Source of the DNA: Candidatus Aminicenantes bacterium
GTDB taxonomy: Bacteria; Acidobacteriota; Aminicenantia; JAMOAD01
Assembly: GCA_027061995.1 (NCBI GenBank)
Contig: JAMOUT010000101.1
Location: forward strand, 12,211-76,210
DNA: 64,000 bases
Reading direction: 5' to 3'
Positions 19,650-29,985 of this stretch are shown here, piece by piece (the first letter of the stretch is position 1; each line of letters begins with the position of its first letter). Position numbers and translations under genes: made by a program. Below the pieces are notes generated by a model that did not search any database, had not been told where the DNA came from, and saw nothing but the letters and a program-made list of their open reading frames with translations.

Positions 19650-20624
19650 TCAAATTTTCACTTTTTCAAAATATCTTTTTATTTTTTCAAGTGTTATCTC
19701 TTTTATCTTGTCAATATCACCTTCAATATAAAAACCCGAAGCATGAAAGTGCCCCCCTCCGCCGAAAGATTCGGCTATTATACTTGAATCCACATTATTT
19801 CTTGATCTTAAAGATACTCTGAAACTATTATCATCGTTTTGTTTAAAAAACATAACTAATTTTATTTTATGAATAGACCTTATTATTGTAACAATATCCT
19901 CGGTTTCAACATCCGAAAGCCCCAACTCTTCCAAAAAAGATTTGAACATAAATATAAATCCTACTGTTTCATTAAAATGTGTTTCAAGAGTTCCGAGGAC
20001 TTTTGATATAAGTAAGACTTTTTCTTTCGTATAATTTTCAAAAAGAAGTCTGTTAGTGTATATCGGGTCGGCACCGAGCCCGACTAATTCCGCGGCTGTT
20101 TGAAATGATTCAGCATTTACATTTGTGAATTTAAATCCGCCTGTATCGGATACTAATCCCAAATACAAAAGAGAAGCTATAGTTTTGTCGAACTCAATTC
20201 CGAGAGAAATACCCAATTGATAAACCATAATTGCAACAGCACTTTTCTCGGGATCAACCCAATTAATCTCCACTTGTCCGTCATTTGATCTATGATGATC
20301 TATCAATATCCTGAAATAATTATTAAGATTCTTTTGCCCTGACCTTGCTTCCGTTGAACACTCTATTAAAATAACAATATCAAAATCCTCAGGATAAATA
20401 TCTCCGTATTCTATAATCTCGGTATTAGGGAAATATGAGATAGGTGGCTGAGGTTTATCTTTATTTATATATTTAACTTCTTTACCTAATTGTTTTAACA
20501 TAAGATAAAGAGCCAAACTCGAACCTATTGAATCTCCGTCAGGTCTTATATGGGATGTTATCGCAATCTTTTTACTTTCCCCGATTTTTTTTACTATTTG
20601 TCCTATTATTTGCTCCATTTCCAC
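19650..20624 (-). CDS. nrnA: DHH/DHHA1 phosphoesterase, NrnA-type bifunctional oligoribonuclease/pAp phosphatase
   Basis: DHH motifs HIRPDGDSIGSS and DHH...; DHHA1 C-terminal GGGH motif. Located after rbfA. Confidence 0.75.
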   Translation of the reverse strand: MEMEQIIGQIVKKIGESKKIAITSHIRPDGDSIGSSLALYLMLKQLGKEVKYINKDKPQPPISYFPNTEIIEYGDIYPEDFDIVILIECSTEARSGQKNLNNYFRILIDHHRSNDGQVEINWVDPEKSAVAIMVYQLGISLGIEFDKTIASLLYLGLVSDTGGFKFTNVNAESFQTAAELVGLGADPIYTNRLLFENYTKEKVLLISKVLGTLETHFNETVGFIFMFKSFLEELGLSDVETEDIVTIIRSIHKIKLVMFFKQNDDNSFRVSLRSRNNVDSSIIAESFGGGGHFHASGFYIEGDIDKIKEITLEKIKRYFEKVKI

Positions 20625-20638
20625 TATCTCCTAATCAA

Positions 20639-20929
20639 TTAAATTGTTTTTTCAATATATTGTTTAAAAACAAGGTTTGGAGTATATCTTAAATTAAGAT
20701 TTTTTGCAATCTTTTTTCTGAAAAATCCCGAATGTATATTTAATTCCTCTATAATTTCACTAAGTTCCAATCCGAAAGAGCTTATAAAAACAGAAGCTGA
20801 TGACATATCATCGGAAAGAAGAACTTCCATCACGGATATAAACCCATTGTGTTGAAAATCCAATAATTGTCTTGATAAACTTCTTCTTATAAGATGTTCT
20901 ATTTTACCCTTTTTAATCTTTCTATTCAT
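20639..20929 (-). CDS. rbfA: ribosome-binding factor A
   Basis: Size (~96 aa), position downstream of infB, and an RbfA-like core (RRSLSRQLLDFQ...FISVMEVLLSDDMSSASVFIS). Confidence 0.7.
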   Translation of the reverse strand: MNRKIKKGKIEHLIRRSLSRQLLDFQHNGFISVMEVLLSDDMSSASVFISSFGLELSEIIEELNIHSGFFRKKIAKNLNLRYTPNLVFKQYIEKTI

Positions 20930-21200
20930 ATATATGCTCTATATTAAGAAGTTCGAATCCTATATTTTTTTCTATAGTATCTTTTATTTGAATAAATGTT
21001 TTATCTATAATTTTTTTATCATTACTAATCATAGCAATACCGAATTTTGACCTTTGCCATAAATCAAGAAAATCAATTTCAGCAATGGAAACATTATATT
21101 TTTTAATTTTGTCCTTTATTCTATTTGTAATTTTCCTTTTATCCTTTAAGGAATGTGCATGAGGTATGTATATCTCGAAGGAGAAAATCCCTGTTATCAT
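20922..21200 (-). CDS. DUF503 (YlxP-like) protein
   Basis: ~92 aa protein between infB and rbfA with an SLKDKRK motif. Conserved position of DUF503 in many nusA-infB operons. Overlaps both neighbours by 4-8 nt. Confidence 0.6.
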   Translation of the reverse strand: MITGIFSFEIYIPHAHSLKDKRKITNRIKDKIKKYNVSIAEIDFLDLWQRSKFGIAMISNDKKIIDKTFIQIKDTIEKNIGFELLNIEHIYE

Positions 21201-23251
21201 ATCTTTTGTTTTATCTTTTCTATTTTATAAGCTTCTAAAATATCGCCTTGTTTTATATCGTTAAAATTTTCTATCCTTATTCCGCATTCCTCGCCATTCC
21301 TTATTAAGTTAACATCTTTTGTATAGTGTTTAAGAGATGCAAGTTTGCCATCGAAAACCACCACTCCGTTTCTTGTTACCCTAATATTAGCATCCCTCTC
21401 AATCTTACCTTCTGTTACAAAACAACCGGCAACAGCACCTACCTTAGGAACTTTAAAAGTTTTTCTTACTTCGGCTGTTCCGAGAAAAATCTCTTTTTCA
21501 ATCGGATTAAGAATACCTTCGAGAGATTTTTTAACATCATCAATCAATTGATAAATTATGGGATAAAATCTTATCTCAACTTTCTCGGCTTTTGCAAGTT
21601 CTCTCACTTTTTTATTTGCTCTGACATTATAACTGATTATAATCGCATTTGTTGTCGAGGCGAGCAGAACATCCCCTTCGGTTATGGCTCCGGTAGCCAT
21701 ATGCACCAGATTAAGACTTACTTCTGGATGTTTGATTTTGCTTAAACTATCCTCAATAGCTTCAAGTGAACCCTGAACATCAGCTTTTATAATTAAAGGA
21801 AGTTTTTTTACCTGTTCCCCCTTTATTTTTTTATAAAAATCATCAAGGCTCAATCTCCCCTTCAACCTTTTTTCTTTTTCCTCTTTTAGTTTTTGATTTC
21901 TGAATTCCGCTATCTGTTGAGCCTTTTCAATAGTATTAACGACCTGGAAAGTTTCCCCTGCTTCAGGCATTTTTTGAAATCCCGTTATCTCAACGGGGGT
22001 TACCATCTCAGCTTCTCTTAAAGGTTTCCCTTTATCATCAATCATTGATCTGACTTTCCCGTATGTCGCCCCCGATATGAAAGGGTCGCCCAATTTAAGT
22101 TTTCCCTCTTGAATAATAACCGATGCCGTGATCCCTTTTTTTGAATCAAGTTTTGCTTCAAGAATAAATCCTTTTGCTGGAACATCATAACTACCCTTTA
22201 ATTCACTCATTTCGGCAACCAAAAGAATCATATCCAAAAGCTCTTCCAATCCAATCTTTTTCTTAGCGGAAATATCAACAGAAACAACATCTCCTCCGTA
22301 TTCTTCCACCAAAATATTGTATTTTGTCAACTCCTGCTTTACTTTCAAAGGATCAGCTTCAGGTTTATCTATCTTGTTTATCGCCACTATCATTGGAACT
22401 CCGGCTGTTTTAGCATGATTTATAGCTTCTATTGTTTGAGGTTTCACCCCGTCGTCAGCGGCAACTATTAATATTACGATATCTGTTATATTGGCACCTC
22501 TCAACCTTAGTTTTGTAAATGCTTCATGTCCCGGAGTATCTATAAAAACAATATGCTTACCATTATACTCAATCTTTGATGCACCTATATGTTGGGTAAT
22601 CCCCCCTTTTTCTCTCTCGGCTACTTTTGTATTTCTCAGAGCATCCAAAAGGGTTGTTTTTCCATGGTCAACATGTCCCATAACGGTTACAACGGGTGGT
22701 CTCTCTTTCAGGTTAACACCTTCAATCCGTTCCGTAATATCCTGTGCTAATTTTTCTTCAAAACTTTGTGTTTCAGCTTCAAGATTAAAAAGTGATAATA
22801 TTTTCGTAGCTTCTTCAATTGAAAGACTTTTATTAACAGAAAAGATAATCCCCTGAGTAATAAGCTTTTGAATAACATCCTTGGCTTTCATGCCCATTTT
22901 TTCCGATAATTCCTTGATTGTAATCCCTTCGAAAACAGTTATAATTCCGCTCTCTTTGTTTTTCTCAAAGTATTTTTTATCCCTTTTTTTCTTATCGTTT
23001 GTTTTAGATTTTTTTATTTTACCGTGTGAAGTTTCATGTTTTTTCTCTTCTTTTACAGTTGTTTTCTTTTTCACCGATTTTTTTTCTTTATCCTTATCTT
23101 GTTTATAAAATAAAATCAATTTTTTCTCTTCATCTTCAGATATCGTCTGACTTGCGGTTTTTTTATCTATGCCAAGTGTTTTTAATGCTTTAATAATCTC
23201 TTTATTTTCTCTATTTAATTCTTTTGCTATCGCATAAATTCTTTTTCCCAT
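21197..23251 (-). CDS. infB: translation initiation factor IF-2
   Basis: G-domain GHVDHGKTTLLD, DTPGH, NKID motifs. K/E-rich N-terminal region. C-terminal beta-barrel domains. Confidence 0.95.
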   Translation of the reverse strand: MGKRIYAIAKELNRENKEIIKALKTLGIDKKTASQTISEDEEKKLILFYKQDKDKEKKSVKKKTTVKEEKKHETSHGKIKKSKTNDKKKRDKKYFEKNKESGIITVFEGITIKELSEKMGMKAKDVIQKLITQGIIFSVNKSLSIEEATKILSLFNLEAETQSFEEKLAQDITERIEGVNLKERPPVVTVMGHVDHGKTTLLDALRNTKVAEREKGGITQHIGASKIEYNGKHIVFIDTPGHEAFTKLRLRGANITDIVILIVAADDGVKPQTIEAINHAKTAGVPMIVAINKIDKPEADPLKVKQELTKYNILVEEYGGDVVSVDISAKKKIGLEELLDMILLVAEMSELKGSYDVPAKGFILEAKLDSKKGITASVIIQEGKLKLGDPFISGATYGKVRSMIDDKGKPLREAEMVTPVEITGFQKMPEAGETFQVVNTIEKAQQIAEFRNQKLKEEKEKRLKGRLSLDDFYKKIKGEQVKKLPLIIKADVQGSLEAIEDSLSKIKHPEVSLNLVHMATGAITEGDVLLASTTNAIIISYNVRANKKVRELAKAEKVEIRFYPIIYQLIDDVKKSLEGILNPIEKEIFLGTAEVRKTFKVPKVGAVAGCFVTEGKIERDANIRVTRNGVVVFDGKLASLKHYTKDVNLIRNGEECGIRIENFNDIKQGDILEAYKIEKIKQKI

Positions 23252-23252
23252 G

Positions 23253-24281
23253 CTACTCCTCTTTTTGTAAATCTATGTGCCATCCTGTTAATTTGGAAGC
23301 AAGTTTAACATTTATCCCCTGCTTACCAATGGCTATTGCAAGCTGATCCTTAGGAACATAAACAATGGCTCTTTTTTCAGTCTCATTAAGTATTTTTATT
23401 CTACTTACCTTAGCCGGAGCCATTGCATTTTTGATATATATCTCGGGATTATCAGACCAGATTATCACATCGATTCTCTCACCGTTTAATTCTCTTGTAA
23501 CCGCAAGAATTCTATTGCCCCTCATTCCTATACAAGCCCCTATGGGATCTATGTTTTTTTCTTTAGTGAAGACCGATATTTTTGATTTTTCTCCGGGCTC
23601 TCTAACAACGGATTTTAACTCAATTGTTCCGTCGGAAACCTCGGGAATCTCAAATTCAAGAAGTTTTATTAGAAATGTCCTTGAACTTCTCGTAACTATG
23701 ATCTGAGGATCCCTCTCCTCTTTATACACTTTTTTAATTAATGCTTTAATATCCTGACCTCTAACAATGTTGTCCGACTTAATCATCTCTTTTCTCGGAA
23801 GTAAAGCTTCAACTTTTCCGATACTTATGACAACATCATCTCCGAGAAATCTTCTTACTTTTCCCGTTATTATATGATTTATCTTCGGGGAATATTCCTT
23901 GTATATTTTCTCTTTTTCAGCGGTATTTATCTCACTGTATATAATTGTTTTGGCGGCTTGTGCCGATATTCTTCCGAGAATTTCGGCAGGCATGTTTATT
24001 TCAATAATATCACCTATTTTAATATTCGGGTCATCTTTACTCGCTTTTTCCCAAGAGATCTCCTTAAGAGGATCACTTACTTTAGCAACCACTTTTTTCT
24101 TTGTCGAGATATTAATCTCTCCGTTTTTCCAATCAAATGACACATTTACCGGTTCATCCGTTTTAAAATAATTTGCGGCTGCAGATTTTATAGCATCTTC
24201 AATAGCTTTAAAAAAAACTTCCTTGTCGATTCCTTTTTCCGCACTAACCTGACTAATAATATCTAATAATCCTTTTGGCAT
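23253..24281 (-). CDS. nusA: transcription termination/antitermination factor NusA
   Basis: S1 domain plus two KH domains (IGACIGMRGNRI). Immediately upstream of infB. Confidence 0.9.
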   Translation of the reverse strand: MPKGLLDIISQVSAEKGIDKEVFFKAIEDAIKSAAANYFKTDEPVNVSFDWKNGEINISTKKKVVAKVSDPLKEISWEKASKDDPNIKIGDIIEINMPAEILGRISAQAAKTIIYSEINTAEKEKIYKEYSPKINHIITGKVRRFLGDDVVISIGKVEALLPRKEMIKSDNIVRGQDIKALIKKVYKEERDPQIIVTRSSRTFLIKLLEFEIPEVSDGTIELKSVVREPGEKSKISVFTKEKNIDPIGACIGMRGNRILAVTRELNGERIDVIIWSDNPEIYIKNAMAPAKVSRIKILNETEKRAIVYVPKDQLAIAIGKQGINVKLASKLTGWHIDLQKEE

Positions 24282-24383
24282 TTTATCCTTCCTTTTTTAC
24301 AAGCTATTATAATGAAATATTAAAGAAAATGCAACCTTCCTATATTCGTCAAAAATAACAAATAGTAATTTTTCTTTTTTATT

Positions 24384-25715
24384 TTAAAGAATAGCGAGAT
24401 ATTTTTTCAATTCATAATCGGTTACCTTTACTCTGAATTCATCCCAATGAGCCTTTTTCGATTCTATGATTTTTCCGAAGGCTGATTCTCCGAGTGCTTG
24501 TTTCAGGATATCCCCTTTTTCAGCTTCAAGAATAGCTTCAATCAAAGATCCGGGCAGTGATTCTATACCCTCCTCTTTTCTTTTAATATAATCAAATTTA
24601 TAAATATTTTCTTCCTGAGGTTTCGACAATTGGTATCTCTTTTCAATTCCGGTTAATCCCGATTTTAAAAGAACGGAAAACAAAAGATAGGGATTTGACG
24701 CGGGATCGGGAGCTCGATATTCTATTCTTGTTCCCGAAGGTTTTCCCATTCTTGTTTTCGGAACCCTGATAAGGGGAGATCTATTACTTCTTCCCCATGA
24801 GATATAAACAGGTGCTTCATATCCGGGAACAAGTCTTTTATAAGAGTTCACCCATTGATTCGTGATTAATGTTATCTCTTTTGCATGATTTAAAAGGCCT
24901 GATACATAGTATTTTGCTATATCGGATAATTTTGCTTCATCATTATCAGAATAAAAGGCATTTTTTCCCTCTTTAAACAGAGATTGGTGAACATGCATTC
25001 CACTCCCGTTTATATGTTCAACTGGTTTAGGCATAAATGTCGCATAATAACCATTGTCAATAGCTATTTTTTTCACGAGATATTTAGCTGTTATAAGATT
25101 ATCAGCCATTGTTAATGCGTCAGTGTATTTAAAATCAAGTTCATACTGAGAAGGGGAGACTTCATGATGAACATATTCAACTTTAATTCCCAATTTTTCA
25201 AGATGTAAAACGGTCTCCATTAACAGATTTTCTCCTGTGTCAGGAGGAACCAAATCAAAATATCCGTTATAATCTATGAAATCAACTTCAAAAGGTTTTT
25301 TAAAATAAAAAAACTCAAGTTCGGGACCAACAAAAAACGAATATCCGAGAGATTTTGCATAATCGAGATTTTTCTTTAAAATACCCCTCGGAGCATCACT
25401 ATAACAGGAACCGTCCGGCATAACAACATCACAAAAGATCCGTGCCACTTTTATATTATCCTTATTATTGTCATTTTTAAACGGAAGAATTTTAAAAGTG
25501 GAAAAATCGGGTTTCAAAAACATATCACTCTCTTCTATCCTTGTAAAACCTCTTATTGAACTTCCGTCAAAGGAAGCTCCTTCGTCAAGAACATCTCCTA
25601 TTTGATCCTTAAATACATTAACGGTTTTAAGATTACTCTCAAGGTCAACAAACCAAAGCTGAAGAAACTTAATATTCTCTTTCTCGATAATTTTTTTTAC
25701 ATCTTTTGCGTTCAT
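24384..25715 (-). CDS. glnA: glutamine synthetase, type I
   Basis: 443 aa with the GS beta-grasp N-domain and catalytic domain motifs (…MHVHQS…, NPY). Typical GSI length. Confidence 0.9.
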   Translation of the reverse strand: MNAKDVKKIIEKENIKFLQLWFVDLESNLKTVNVFKDQIGDVLDEGASFDGSSIRGFTRIEESDMFLKPDFSTFKILPFKNDNNKDNIKVARIFCDVVMPDGSCYSDAPRGILKKNLDYAKSLGYSFFVGPELEFFYFKKPFEVDFIDYNGYFDLVPPDTGENLLMETVLHLEKLGIKVEYVHHEVSPSQYELDFKYTDALTMADNLITAKYLVKKIAIDNGYYATFMPKPVEHINGSGMHVHQSLFKEGKNAFYSDNDEAKLSDIAKYYVSGLLNHAKEITLITNQWVNSYKRLVPGYEAPVYISWGRSNRSPLIRVPKTRMGKPSGTRIEYRAPDPASNPYLLFSVLLKSGLTGIEKRYQLSKPQEENIYKFDYIKRKEEGIESLPGSLIEAILEAEKGDILKQALGESAFGKIIESKKAHWDEFRVKVTDYELKKYLAIL

Positions 25716-25738
25716 ATTACCTCCTCTTTCTTAATATT

Positions 25739-26143
25739 TTATAACCACTCTGATGTGGAATCCTTATAATACTCTTTTTTCCAAACGGGAAAATCATGTT
25801 TCATAAATTCAAGCAATTCCCCGACACATTCCATAGCTTCTTTTCTACCCTCTGAACTTGCAGCTATAATGATAGTATCTTCTCCGGTTTTTAATTTTCC
25901 TTTTGCCTGAAAGATAAATAATTTTTCTATCTTATTCTCGTATTCCTCTATTCTTTTTTCCACAAGCTTTTTACCCGTATCCTCATCAATCTCATATTCA
26001 AGATATAAAACATCTTTTGAATTATTCTTGTTTTTCACTTTTCCGTTAAACAAATAAAAAGCTCCTGAATTTTCAGAATTAAGATAATCCATGATCTCTT
26101 TTATATCCGGAGAAGTATGTGAAATCATAAACTTGAAATCCAT
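25739..26143 (-). CDS. moaE: molybdopterin synthase catalytic subunit MoaE
   Basis: Collinear with E. coli MoaE, including the C-terminal FPVWKKE...W motif. Confidence 0.75.
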   Translation of the reverse strand: MDFKFMISHTSPDIKEIMDYLNSENSGAFYLFNGKVKNKNNSKDVLYLEYEIDEDTGKKLVEKRIEEYENKIEKLFIFQAKGKLKTGEDTIIIAASSEGRKEAMECVGELLEFMKHDFPVWKKEYYKDSTSEWL

Positions 26144-26382
26144 TAACCGCCCCTGTATATCGGATGAATAGATACTATATCCCCTTCCCGTATCTCTTTC
26201 TCCCCCAATGACCCGTTTATCGCAATATTGAAAATTCTTTTATCGTCAATTCCATACATATTACAAATTTTTCTTTTGATAAACTCGGTATCAATCATCT
26301 CTTTATCTTTAATTGACAGTATCTCCTCCCCCTTTTTTGCTATCTCTTTTAAACCGGCGAAATATCTTATTTTTATTTGCAT
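26143..26382 (-). CDS. moaD: MoaD/ThiS-family sulfur-carrier protein (C-terminal GG)
   Basis: 79 aa, ends ...YRGG. The stop overlaps the moaE start (ATGA). Confidence 0.6.
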   Translation of the reverse strand: MQIKIRYFAGLKEIAKKGEEILSIKDKEMIDTEFIKRKICNMYGIDDKRIFNIAINGSLGEKEIREGDIVSIHPIYRGG

Positions 26383-26440
26383 TTTTAGAATTGTATTATA
26401 TAATAAGATTGATATTAAGTAAACAAATAAAGAGGCAAAG

Positions 26441-27760
26441 ATGAATATAAGTTTTTTTATCTATTTTATTATAGGGTTTGTTTTCGGAGGTATAATATTA
26501 TTCTTCCACATGTCAAAATTTAAAAAAATCAGCAGTATATATAAAGAGAGGATAGATGCTCTTGAAGAGGAGAATGAGACTCTCCTTGATGAACTTGATA
26601 ATGAAAAAGAGGAGAGAGTTATTTTTAAAACAAAACTTGAGGAAACAGAGAAAAATCTTTTGGAGCAGAAAAAACTACTTGATGAAGCAAATGAGAAATT
26701 AACCGAAAGCTTTAAAGCGATTTCAAATGATTTATTAAGCTCAAATCAGAAAGTATTCATTGATATGGCTGAAACTGTTTTTAAAAAATCGATTGAAGAG
26801 ACAAAAGGAACATTAAAAGTAAGTGAAGTGAATATTGAAAAAATCATCAATCCGTTAAAAGAAAATATTGAAAGATACAATGTATTTCTAAGGGAAGCTG
26901 AGAGAAAGAGAGCGGAAGAATTCGGTAATTTAAGCACACAGGTTAAGAATCTTATGATTCTTAATCAGAATTTGCAAAAAGAGACATCAACCCTTTCAAG
27001 TGCTTTAAAAGCTCCCAAAACAAGGGGGAAATGGGGAGAGCTAACTCTCAGAAACCTTGTAACAATGGCGGGAATGTCGGAGTATTGTGATTTTGAGGAA
27101 CAAGTTCATTATCAATCCGAAGGAAAGACGCTCATTCCCGATATGATTGTTAATTTCCCCGATAAAAGAAAGATCGCAATAGATTCCAAAGTTCCTTTTG
27201 ATGCATATTTCAGGGCAATAGAATCAACGGATGATGAGTTATCCGAAAAATTTTTCAAAGAACACGCGAGAACAATAAAAGAACATATAAAAAAACTCGG
27301 TAAAAAAGAGTATCAGGAAAGAGGTGGAGACAGTTTTGATTTCGTTGTGTTGTTCTTACCCGCCGAATCATTCTTCAGCGAAGCATTAAAAAGAGATAAT
27401 AATATTATTGAGGAGGGGATAAAACAAAAAGTTATCATAGCAACCCCCACAACTCTTCTCGCACTTTTAAGAACGGTTGCTTACAGCTGGAGGCAGTATA
27501 AGATGGTTGAAAATGTAAAAAAGATATCGGAGACAGGACGAGAGTTATATAATAGATTAAAGGTGTTTTCAGGACATTTCGCCTCAATTGCAAAAAATTT
27601 ATCTCAACTTAATGCAAGTTTTAATAAATCTGTCAGCTCTTGGAAAAGCAGAGTGATTCCGCAGGTTAAAAAATTAAATGAACTCGGAATCTCGGATAGC
27701 AGCGAAAGTCTATCCGAGATAAATCCAATTGATTCTGTTCCCGAACAACTTAAAGAATAA
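26441..27760 (+). CDS. rmuC: DNA recombination protein RmuC
   Basis: N-terminal TM. Long coiled-coil region. Conserved RmuC nuclease-like core (…DMIVNFPDKRKIAIDSKVP…). Confidence 0.8.
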   Translation: MNISFFIYFIIGFVFGGIILFFHMSKFKKISSIYKERIDALEEENETLLDELDNEKEERVIFKTKLEETEKNLLEQKKLLDEANEKLTESFKAISNDLLSSNQKVFIDMAETVFKKSIEETKGTLKVSEVNIEKIINPLKENIERYNVFLREAERKRAEEFGNLSTQVKNLMILNQNLQKETSTLSSALKAPKTRGKWGELTLRNLVTMAGMSEYCDFEEQVHYQSEGKTLIPDMIVNFPDKRKIAIDSKVPFDAYFRAIESTDDELSEKFFKEHARTIKEHIKKLGKKEYQERGGDSFDFVVLFLPAESFFSEALKRDNNIIEEGIKQKVIIATPTTLLALLRTVAYSWRQYKMVENVKKISETGRELYNRLKVFSGHFASIAKNLSQLNASFNKSVSSWKSRVIPQVKKLNELGISDSSESLSEINPIDSVPEQLKE

Positions 27761-27768
27761 TATTATCT

Positions 27769-28500
27769 TCAACTCAATTGTTTTAATGAATTAATATTTA
27801 TTTCACCGTTGATATTAACAATTTTTAATAAAAAATTCATTATCTTTTTTTCATTATCAAATTTTACCGATATAAAATTTATGGGGGGCATTGATTTTGA
27901 TACTTTTAAAAAATTATTTATGGATAACGGGATTTCAATACTATTCTTTGTTTTGCATTTACCACATAATATTTTGCTTCCGTCGGATGAAAGATAAAAT
28001 TTATTAAAACTTTCATATTTTTTTCCGCACTTATAGCAAGTATCAAATTCGGGAAGATACCCCTCTATCCTTAAAAACCAAACAAGAAAATAATTAAATA
28101 ATTTCTTCACCTGTTGTTTGTTTTCTTTAAGAGTTTTTATTACGGCTTTTAAGAGCCTTAACATTTTATCCTGTCTTATTCTTTGAGGTGTAAGTTTAAT
28201 TATTATCTCAATTATTGCCATAAGATAATTATAATTATCAATAGTATCAAAAATAGGTGTATTATTCTCTATTAGATTGACCTTTTCCAATATGGGAAAT
28301 TCAGAATTTTCTTTTTCATAAAGATTCATCTCAATCTCATTTAATGGTTCAAGTGAACCACCGAATCTGTTTTTCCCTTTTTTCGCCCCTTTTGCCACAG
28401 CTATGAAAAGTCCCCTTTCTTCCGTTAATAGATAAATAAGTTTATCAAGCTTTTGGGAATCTCTGTAAAAAAGGGTAAATCCTTTATCCGTTTTTTGCAT
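27769..28500 (-). CDS. recO: DNA repair protein RecO
   Basis: N-terminal OB-fold region and a C-terminal Cys4 zinc finger (CYKCGKK…CGKC), as in RecO. Confidence 0.75.
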   Translation of the reverse strand: MQKTDKGFTLFYRDSQKLDKLIYLLTEERGLFIAVAKGAKKGKNRFGGSLEPLNEIEMNLYEKENSEFPILEKVNLIENNTPIFDTIDNYNYLMAIIEIIIKLTPQRIRQDKMLRLLKAVIKTLKENKQQVKKLFNYFLVWFLRIEGYLPEFDTCYKCGKKYESFNKFYLSSDGSKILCGKCKTKNSIEIPLSINNFLKVSKSMPPINFISVKFDNEKKIMNFLLKIVNINGEININSLKQLS

Positions 28501-28503
28501 TTA

Positions 28504-29910
28504 TTATACATGATAAAAAGCTTTCGCTAATTGCAAAAATATAAAAAACCCGAAGGTATCCGTAAACATTGAAACAAACATATTCGAGGAAAGGGCGGGA
28601 TCTATACCGCTAACTTTGAAACTCATCGGGATAATCGTCCCCATCAAAAGTCCGTTTATTATATTTATGGATATCCCCAGTCCGAAAATCAATAATGTTA
28701 TAGGCTCAATGGGTTTTCCGAGTAATTTATAAGCCAAATCAATAAATATGGCACCGAAAGTTCCCACGATTATCCCTAACAGTAAGCCGAGGAAAGAATG
28801 TTTTATCAATAATCGTTTTCCTATCTTCCAATCAAAATCCGCTATTGAAAGTTCACGAACAACAACTGCATTGGTCTGATTACCTGCCACACCTCCGAGT
28901 GCGGCTACAAGAGGCATTAGAGCTGCCAAAACTATCACATCTTTTATCACCCCTTCAAACATTGTTATTACTATAGCGGAAAAAAAGGTAGTTAAAAGAG
29001 CAAGAAGAAGCCAAGGCAATCTCTTTTTAAGACTTTCCGGAAGAGGATCCTGAATTCTTTCACCACTTACAACACCCGCCATTTTATATATATCTTCAGT
29101 TGCTTCTTCATTAATAATATCAAGAACATCATCAACGGTGATAACACCGACAAGGTGAAGCTCATCATCGACAACAGGGATGGCAACAAGATTATACCTT
29201 GCAACTTTTTTAGCCACCTGTTCTTGATCCGTGTCTGTTTTAACGAAAATAGGATCTTTAAGCATTATATCTTTTAATTTTGTGGAAGGGGGAAAAAGTA
29301 ACAATTTTTTCAGAGAAACAACCCCGGTCAATCTGTTATTTTCATCAACAACATACAGATAAAAAGGGATTTCAACATCTGCTGCAAGCTGAATTGCTGC
29401 AACAGCATCCGATATTCTCGTATTTTCTTCCAGAGCATAGAAATCGGTTGACATCATTCTTCCCGCAGTATCTTCTTCATACTGCAAAAGTTCTTTCACA
29501 TCCTCCGATTCCTCTTTACTCATACATTTTATAATTTTCTCTTTTATATCTTCGGGGAAATGGGATAACAGATCAACCGCATCATCCGATGAAAATTTAT
29601 TTAATATCAAAGATATCTCTTTCGGCTCAAGATTTTTCAAAAGTTTTACAGCATCTTCAGTGTCTATTTCACTTAGGACAGTTGCAAGTTTTTCAATATC
29701 TTTTGTTTTTAAAAGGTCAAAAAGTATCTCTTTATTTTCAAAAACAAGCCTGTCAAAAATATATGCTATATCTTCCGCTCTAAGTTTTGACAAAAAATTC
29801 CATAATCTTGTTTTTGCCCCTGTATTTATATATCTTCTCACTGAAGAAACAAGTATATCAAAGTTTTCATTCTTATTTTTCATCCCTTTTTTTATCACAA
29901 TTATCAACAA
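28504..29910 (-). CDS. mgtE: magnesium transporter MgtE
   Basis: MgtE N-domain, tandem CBS domains and a 5-TM C-terminal channel domain. The start codon may be an internal Met. Confidence 0.85.
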   Translation of the reverse strand: MLIIVIKKGMKNKNENFDILVSSVRRYINTGAKTRLWNFLSKLRAEDIAYIFDRLVFENKEILFDLLKTKDIEKLATVLSEIDTEDAVKLLKNLEPKEISLILNKFSSDDAVDLLSHFPEDIKEKIIKCMSKEESEDVKELLQYEEDTAGRMMSTDFYALEENTRISDAVAAIQLAADVEIPFYLYVVDENNRLTGVVSLKKLLLFPPSTKLKDIMLKDPIFVKTDTDQEQVAKKVARYNLVAIPVVDDELHLVGVITVDDVLDIINEEATEDIYKMAGVVSGERIQDPLPESLKKRLPWLLLALLTTFFSAIVITMFEGVIKDVIVLAALMPLVAALGGVAGNQTNAVVVRELSIADFDWKIGKRLLIKHSFLGLLLGIIVGTFGAIFIDLAYKLLGKPIEPITLLIFGLGISINIINGLLMGTIIPMSFKVSGIDPALSSNMFVSMFTDTFGFFIFLQLAKAFYHV

Positions 29911-29985
29911 AAGTAAAGATAATATCGACTATATTGCAAAAAATCATCCTTTTAATTGTTTATCTTGAAATATATAGTCCTATAA

